From positions 386,756,001 to 386,820,000 of the forward strand of contig OZ024741.1 in NCBI GenBank assembly GCA_964016885.1: 64,000 bases of DNA, read 5' to 3'. The DNA is from Eledone cirrhosa. Lineage: Eukaryota. Position numbers and translations under genes: made by a program. Below the pieces are notes generated by a model, which searched no databases, had not been told where the DNA came from, and was given only the letters and a program-made list of their open reading frames with translations. Positions 56,144-64,000 of the stretch are shown piece by piece. The first letter of the stretch is position 1. Each line of letters opens with the position of its first letter.

Positions 56144-56422
56144 TATGAAATTAGGCTGGCTAGAAAGCAAGCGAAAAAGGAATTCTGGAGGAATCTGAGA
56201 GTGCGAAGTTATAAAATTAAAAAGTTAATAAATTGAGATTAAAAAATGTAAAAAGTAATAAATAAAAATAATAATAATATTAAAAAATTAAATAGTAAAA
56301 ATATTTATTACTTTTTTAATTTTTTAATCTCAATTTATTAACTTTTTAATTTTATAACTTCGCACTCTCAGATTCCTCCAGAATTCCTTTTTCGCTTGCT
56401 TTCTAGCCAGCCTAATTTCATA
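56144..56422. repeat. Inverted repeat, arms about 120 bp, AT-rich spacer
   Basis: TATGAAATTAGGCTGGCTAGAAAGC... and its reverse complement ending ...GCCTAATTTCATA. Confidence 0.9.
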
Positions 56423-56846
56423 GCAGTGTCCATTCTATTCGATAAGCTTCGCTCAGTTTTATCTGTTTATATTCAAATACGACCTTAATTTTCGAGATAA
56501 AATGTCCTCAGCAGAAGTCAAAAACCTTGGAAAATAGAGAAAACGTTTTAGCTTGTATGCGCTAACTTTTCTTTCTGTTTATGCCGTTACTAGTTCGAAG
56601 TGGTAGTAGGAGGTTTGAGAAGTGTTAATTATCATCATCATCATCATGATAATTGCTTCACTTTATCAGCTGATAGCAGTCCAATTATTCCTACTCTTAA
56701 GAACATTTGGTGATTTACAAGGTCTTACACCAAATATGACAGACAAAACTCACCTTCTAAACAGGATTGTTTTTTGTAGTACTTTATGGACGTTGAATGT
56801 TTCTCAAAAAAAAAAAGAAACAGAGAGAGAGAAATGTGTATATAGA

Positions 56847-57353
56847 TAGATATGTTCCTTTATTAGCCACAGGGGCACAAAAGAAGGGGCAAATACAAAG
56901 GGGGAAGTTTACATATAATAAAAACGTGTAAAATATTATCACAAATGCAATTTAAAAATTAGTCGATTTTCCCCAATAGGAGGAGACATTACATATGGGT
57001 AACACATACCCCCGGAAAAAAATGTGCAACCCTCATCTCCAGGAGTACGAAGAGCTTGTACTCCTTTCCTCTCCTCCTCTTTTTCCTCAACCTACAGGCT
57101 GATATAGAGAGAAGGCCCATTCACTCGGGCCATTCTCGCCACTTTCACCCACCTTTCATAAAACTTGCTGGGGTATAGCACCTCTCTCTCCATCCTGATT
57201 CTTCTTCCAAAGTGGTATTTGAAAAAAAGGACCAGTTGTTGGCCGGAGAGAAAGGTGTCTGACATCAGCCCTTTTAACCTTGTCCACCATACAACCTCTT
57301 CCGCCATAGCTATCAAACAAAGGAAAACCGCCTCTCCTTCGTTTTTGAAGGAG
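56847..57353 (-). mobile_element. Solitary 5'-truncated Tx1 copy, GATA-associated subfamily
   Basis: Same 3'UTR as the copies at 47951 and 54194; GATA repeats at both junctions. Confidence 0.9.
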
Positions 57354-58521
57354 GGATAGATAGATAGATGGGGAGGTAGGTATGCAGGTAAGTAAGTAGG
57401 TACATAGATAGGCAGGTAGGTAGATAAATAGAAAGATAGACAGATAGATAAATGGATATATCCATAGACACACATAGATAAATAGATGGATGGAAAGATA
57501 AATATATACAAGAGGTAGGTATATATGCGTATTTTTCGTGTTTTGTGTGTAAGGAATAATTTTGGGCATGAGCGAAAAGAAAAAGAGCCAGAAAGGTTAG
57601 TTTGAATACCTCAATTGGGATATGTTCAACAACACTAACACCTACATACAATCTCTTCCAAAACAAAAACTAGTTCGAATGCCAGTGGCACCTTTCCTAG
57701 TGTGGTAAATAACACGGGATCTTTGAACATGAATCTTTTCCCAGGGAAAGAATCAGTGTTGTTATAAAATACAGTGTTATTTTAAGAGCAAGCGGGAGAC
57801 AAAATGTTTATCTGTGTCTCTTATAAAAATAGGTGGATGGGTGGGGCAAGCACTCTCAAAAGAACAGCTAGAAGAAGCGCTTTCAGATGTGTAGGGAAAA
57901 ACTGTATCCTTTGAACAAGGCAGAACCAACGAGACCGACTGCGTCGTCTTTTAAACAGAACATATGATTTTAAAACAGACTGCGATTTTAGGGAACATAC
58001 CCGCCCATATATTTGTCTCCTAGGATTTGGGGCAGAAAAATACAATATTAACTGTTATAGGCACCTATAACGATGTTTACGTTTGGTTTATAATCAGCTT
58101 TGTGTCGTAATATGGGCAGAGAGTGAGTGCAGAGGTGATAAGAAACAATACGTGCTTAGGAGGAGTAAGAATAAACTTGCAAGTTTTATACCACAGGGCC
58201 ATACTGATGCTGTGCTTTATGGGTGCATAAACGAAGGGCATAAGACTCGTGATGCAAGAACTTGTTGCTACACGTGCAGATGTGCCGGTGATGGTGGTGG
58301 TGGCGAAGGTGATGGTGTGGGTGGTGAATGTGGTTGAGGGAGGGTGATACGTGCACGTGTGGTGGTCGGTGTGGTAATGTTACTTGGTAAGTTGTAATAG
58401 GTTGAAAAGGTGCGAGTAGTTGGGGCGTAGTGGTGGGGGTTCAGTGAGTATTGGTTAATGTTGCCTAGCTGTGTGTGTACGAGGTCAGCTACACGCGCAT
58501 AGGTGGTCAGTGTATGTGTAC

Positions 58522-58586
<65 letters not shown>

Positions 58587-58699
58587 TGTTCATGTGCAGT
58601 TACGGAGATGTATTAGTGTATCAAATGCTAGTGTATGTGAGTGGATGTGCTGATAGAGGAGTTCGTGTGGCTTGTGTGTATGAGTGTGTGGGTGGAAGG

Positions 58700-59230
58700 G
58701 TGATGGATGTGGTAAATGCGCTGGTTAGGGGAAAATGGTGGTGCATTTAGACCGGGATGTTGGTAAAAGATTGGAGAGGAAAAAATGAGGTGTTGTTCCC
58801 TCCTGAGGCGCAAGCTCAGTGGTCCGGTGCAGGCGATAAGGCCAAAAATTGTGAGGTCGTTCGTGGAGTGTCGGGCGATGGGAGACGGGTCGCCCAGTCA
58901 GATGTCCCAGAGTTGCTCGGCAAATCTGATCGCCAAACGACGACCGATATAGACAGCCTCACATAGACCAATATAGACAATATAGACAGCCTCACATAGT
59001 GCACACCGGATCCCGTAAACTAGACTCGTAGAGCTGCAGCAGAAGGAGTCCCTAATGTGGAAAATTCGACTGGTGGGTCGGGTGAGAGTAGTGGTGTCGG
59101 TGAGGAAAGGACAGATGTGGCAGCGAGGTCGGGAGCAGGGGTGGGATCTGGGAGATGAGTGGGAGGGGGAAACGAACTGCGGACGAGGAAGATTACGGAG
59201 GTTCTGTGTGAGCTTGAAGGAGGGGAGACA
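58700..59230 (-). mobile_element. Penelope GIY-YIG remnant, third family
   Basis: HPCSRPRCHICPFL..IRDSFCCSSTSLVYGIRC..CEAVYIG..RRLAIRFAEQ, with REQHLIF downstream in another frame. Confidence 0.8.
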
Positions 59231-59293
59231 CTCACATAAACGCATATATATATGTATGTGTATATATACACACACACACACACACATATATAT

Positions 59294-59351
<58 letters not shown>

Positions 59352-59372
59352 TATATATATCATATATATATC

Positions 59373-59431
<59 letters not shown>

Positions 59432-60133
59432 GCACCAGAGTACTCGATACTTAGGGTAGTAGAGTGGGTAATAGGAAATGAGTCCGGACACCGACGGCTG
59501 AGCTCCGGCCGTTTCGACAGCTATCGGGGTCCTGCCTCATTTCCTGTATATATATATATGTGTGTGTGTATATGTATATATATATTTATGTAGGTATAGC
59601 ATTGCTTTTTACGCCTTCCTTATGTTTGTACTATTATTTTCTTTTTCTCTGGTGTTATTTTAATGCTTCCACATACAAACAATTAATTAATGAATCAATC
59701 AGAAGAAAATTGAGCGACAGACATACAGATTCACCGATCGATCTACTTGGGTATATGCGTGTGTGAGTGTGTATGTGTGAGTATGTGTGAGAGTGTGTGT
59801 GTGTGTGATTATGTGAGTATGAGTATATGTGAGAGTGTATCTGAATATATGTGTCAGTGTGTATGAGTATGTGTGTGAGTGTGTCTGAATATATGTCTGA
59901 GTGTGTATGAGTGTGTGTGTGTGTGTGTGAGTCTCTCTAAGTGTGTAAGACGGTGTGAGTATGTGTATGTATGTTTGTGTGATGTGTGTTTGCGTGTGTG
60001 GGTGTCAGTCTGTGAGTGTGGTTAGAGAGAGGTTATCTACATACATGTGTATCAAGCTACATGTTTGTATCTATATGTCTGTCTTTTGATCTCTCTCTCT
60101 ATCTATACATATATAATATATATATATATATAC

Positions 60134-60176
<43 letters not shown>

Positions 60177-60593
60177 GGAAAAAATGAAACGAAATTTCAT
60201 TTCTCACTCTTAGTACGGTTGTTACTTAAATAAAGTATGTATACGTACATACATATATGTATACAGACGTACAGTAGTATGTATATATATACATGTACAC
60301 ATATATATATATTTACCGAACATTTATTATAATGTTCGGTGTGTTTGTAAACAAACATCCCGAATTAAGCCGTACAGTGTTTAGCAACCATCGTTGCCCT
60401 TTTGTTCAACACTGACAAAGGAACGCTGTACTAGTTTCAAGCTTATTAGCTATCGTCAGCACCGTATACCTTCCTGCCAGATGATTGAACGTCTCAAAGT
60501 ATATACTTTCCTTATGCATATTAACGGCTGAGTAGCATAATTTGCATATCGAGTGAGTTAATATTTATGTATGTATATATGTATATATATGTA

Positions 60594-60668
<75 letters not shown>

Positions 60669-60713
60669 GAAAGTATAGAAATTATTGTGAGAGCAAGAAG
60701 CCAACAGTATTTC

Positions 60714-60803
<90 letters not shown>

Positions 60804-61165
60804 CCATCTATTTTTCTTTCTATCTATCTATCCATATATTAGTCGGTCTAACTATCTCTCTCTCTTTCTCTCTCTCTCTCTATATATATATGGGGTCGGT
60901 GTCTGTGTCAATCTATCTATCTTTCTTTCTATGAATCTATCTATCTATCTCTCTCTCTGTCTCTCTGTCTGTCTGTCTGTCTGTCTGTCTGTCCCTCTAT
61001 TTTCAACTGACAGACCAACAACATAGACAATGTTGTAGGAAAATAGAACGAGTGAGTGAGATATTATGCCTCCTATGAAATATGTTATATGAAAGAACTC
61101 ATTACGTCATAGTTATACGATATTTTCTCCAAACCTTCACTCAAGCCTACCGTAACCTTCTTACA

Positions 61166-61255
<90 letters not shown>

Positions 61256-61591
61256 TCCCTCTCTCTTTCATACTTCACTTACGCTCTCAGCAGAACTAAG
61301 TCTACACAAAAGCATGAGTGTAATGTGTGTATACATACATGCATAATAATATATACACATTACACATTACATACATATATACATATATACATACACATAC
61401 ACATACATACACATTCATATATACACACATACATACATGCGTGCATGCATACATGTATACACGTACACACGTACATACACACAAATACACATATAGATAC
61501 ATACGCACAGACATACATATATACATGCATACATACCCATACATATATATGCATAAACATACATTCGTACGTACATACATACATACATACA

Positions 61592-61623
<32 letters not shown>

Positions 61624-62519
61624 CACGTACGTACATATCCATATATATATATACATACACACATATATATGCATATATATATACATATATACATACACAT
61701 ATATGTATATGTGTATGTGTATGTATATATGTATACATATATACACACACACATACATACATACGTACGTACATATCCATATATATATACATACACACAT
61801 ATATGTATATATACATACATATATATACATACACATATACATATACACATACATACATACACACACATATACATACATACATTCACACTGACACATACAT
61901 ACATATATACATATACATATATACACACATACTTACACACGCATATACATACATATATATCAAATCTATCTATCTAATAATTGTCAGTCCGTCTAACCGT
62001 GTCGATCAATCAAGATATCGATCTGACAGTATCATTTCTTTCCCCTTTTCCTCTCTCCCTCTCTCTCTCTATCTCTCTTTATATAGAGACACACACATAT
62101 ACATACATGTATGTAGGTATATATATATATATATACCTACATACATGTATGTATGTAGGTATATATATGCATATGTGTGTGTGTGTAAGCACATGGCCTA
62201 GTGGTTAGAGTGTTGGGCTTGCGATCGTGAGGTTTCGTGTTTGATTCTAGGACTGGGTGATGTGCGGTGTCCTTGAGCAAGACACTTTATTTCACGTTGC
62301 TCCAGTTTACTCAGCTGGTGCCAAGTTATAACGGCCTTTGCCTTTCTTGGACAACATCAGTGACGTGGAGAGGGGTGACTGGTAGTATACAATGGGCGAT
62401 GGTTGGACTTGTGCCTTGGAGGGATAACTTTCTAGGCGCAATTCCTATGGTCATTCAAGAACAAAGAGGGTCTCCTCCTTGTCCTTCACGCATCTTACAG
62501 TCTGCCATTCATTTTGAGG

Positions 62520-63446
62520 GAAATGTTTTTTGCAGCTAACAGTGGTAGTAGCTCCCTGAACTTCTTCCATCCTGATCTCACTCTGGCTACTCTACTTTCA
62601 GAACACCTACCTGGAATTTCTACCTACTCCTTTCCTCTACATTAAGCTAGGCCATTTCCCTGGGGGGATTTAAGAATGTTCTGCAGTGTGAGGACCAAAG
62701 GCATGAGGTGTTCAGGATCACGAAGCAATGTGTCAATGAAAATTGTGATGTCATTGGGGACAAGTGTGACCTTGATGATAATGCAGTACTTTCCCTCACT
62801 GATGCAGAAAAGAAGGTAGCATGGAGGTGCCACTATGAAAGTTACTAAATGAAAAAAATGAACGGGTTGAAAATAGTTTGTCACAAGTTGACCCAACTGA
62901 GGGACTAGCTGTGCGAGTTAACAGTAGTATAGTAAATAAAACAATCAAAGATATTAAGACAGGCAAGGCAGCTGGGCCTTCGGGGATAGTTGCTGAGATG
63001 CTGAAAGCATCAGGGATGGTGGGCCACACCATAATCACCCATATTATAAACCAAGTAATACAAAATGGTGTCATACCCAATAACTGGGGTAGCAGCAGCA
63101 TCGTTAACTGTTACAAAGGCAAAGGAGATACTCTAGACATACAAAACTATAGAGGCCTTAAGTTGGTTGACCAGGTCTTGAAGGTCACAGAAAGAGTTAT
63201 TGCACAGCTGATTAGGGACCAAGTTAACCTTGATGAAATGCAATTTAGATTTGTCCCAGGTAAAAGTACCACAGATGCTCTCGTCTTCATGAGGCAACTG
63301 CAGAAGGAGTATCTAGCTAAAAGTAAACCTCTCTACTTATCTTTGGTTGACTTGGAGAAAACCAACTGGCCAGACTTGTCTTATAACATGGACAACTCGT
63401 CTAACCCATGCAAGCATGTAAAAATAGATGTTAAAAGGTGATGATG

Positions 63447-63448
<2 letters not shown>
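62520..63448 (+). mobile_element. RTE-type LINE fragment, internally deleted
   Basis: GKAAGPSGIVAEMLK, YKGKGD..NYRGLKL, QFRFVPGKSTTDA, VDLEK joined directly to a 3'UTR ending GATGTTAAAAGG(TGA)3. Confidence 0.85.
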
Positions 63449-63479
<31 letters not shown>

Positions 63480-63539
63480 CATTTTTTTCTGATTCCGCGC
63501 TTCCCATCCCTTCAATCTTTCTATTGGATGAAGGACTAA

Positions 63540-63615
63540 CCTGATAGTGGGGTTTAAAATCCTTTAAATAGACTCATCCTTTTCCATTTAGAGGATTTTA
63601 AACCCCACTATCAGG
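63540..63615. repeat. Short hairpin-forming inverted repeat
   Basis: CCTGATAGTGGGGTTTAAAATCCT and AGGATTTTAAACCCCACTATCAGG. Confidence 0.85.
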
Positions 63616-63814
63616 CTAATTTTCTTTAGTCAAAATACAGCAAAAGGTTATATTTCTAACTCAATTTCAAACTTCGCTTACCGTCTTCAAAAACAACATG
63701 TTTGCTTTATATATATATGTATATATAGTAATAATAATAAATTTGAAGACTAAAATCCAAAGAAGGCTCGATAAGGATAAATATATATCAAATATATAAG
63801 AACCGTAGAGCAAA

Positions 63815-63957
63815 TATTTATTAAAATAACAGATTAAAGTTTAAGCAAAGAATCGCTGCTTTCACCCTTAACGAGATCTTCTGAGTTTCAGAAGATCTCG
63901 TTAAGGGTGAAAGCAGCGATTCTTTGCTTAAACTTTAATCTGTTATTTTAATAAATA
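63815..63957. repeat. Perfect palindrome, arms about 70 bp, 3-nt loop
   Basis: ...GAGATCTTCTGA gtt TCAGAAGATCTC...; the right arm ends at (AT)n. Confidence 0.92.
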
Positions 63958-64000
63958 TATATATATATATATCATTACCGTTTAATATCTATTTTTCCAT

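Overview
Eukaryotic, AT-rich, microsatellite-saturated DNA. The SINE/RTE/Penelope repertoire suggests a coleoid cephalopod such as octopus; this is an inference, not verified. The only supportable host gene is the last two coding exons of a UNC-93-family MFS membrane protein (+ strand, 15462-15726 and 26748-26983). The rest is mostly retroelements: a near-intact, apparently full-length Tx1/L1-clade LINE (9378-15404) with an ORF1-only deletion derivative directly upstream; an array of 5'-truncated minus-strand Tx1 copies in (GATA)n with readable 16-20 bp target-site duplications; R4/Dong-type restriction-like-endonuclease LINE fragments; RTE fragments; Penelope GIY-YIG fragments with minimal hammerhead ribozyme motifs; tRNA-derived SINEs; a MITE; and several palindromes. 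The main pattern is apparent partitioning of microsatellite targets among element families: Tx1-A in (ATT)n, Tx1-B in (GATA)n, a third Tx1 at (ATC)n, Dong-like at (TAA)n, R4-like and a structured non-coding element in (CATA)n, and Penelope at (AT)n. Most ORFs in the supplied track are translations of microsatellites. No CRISPR array, rRNA or genuine tRNA gene is supported. All calls come from reading the sequence by eye; no database search was run.
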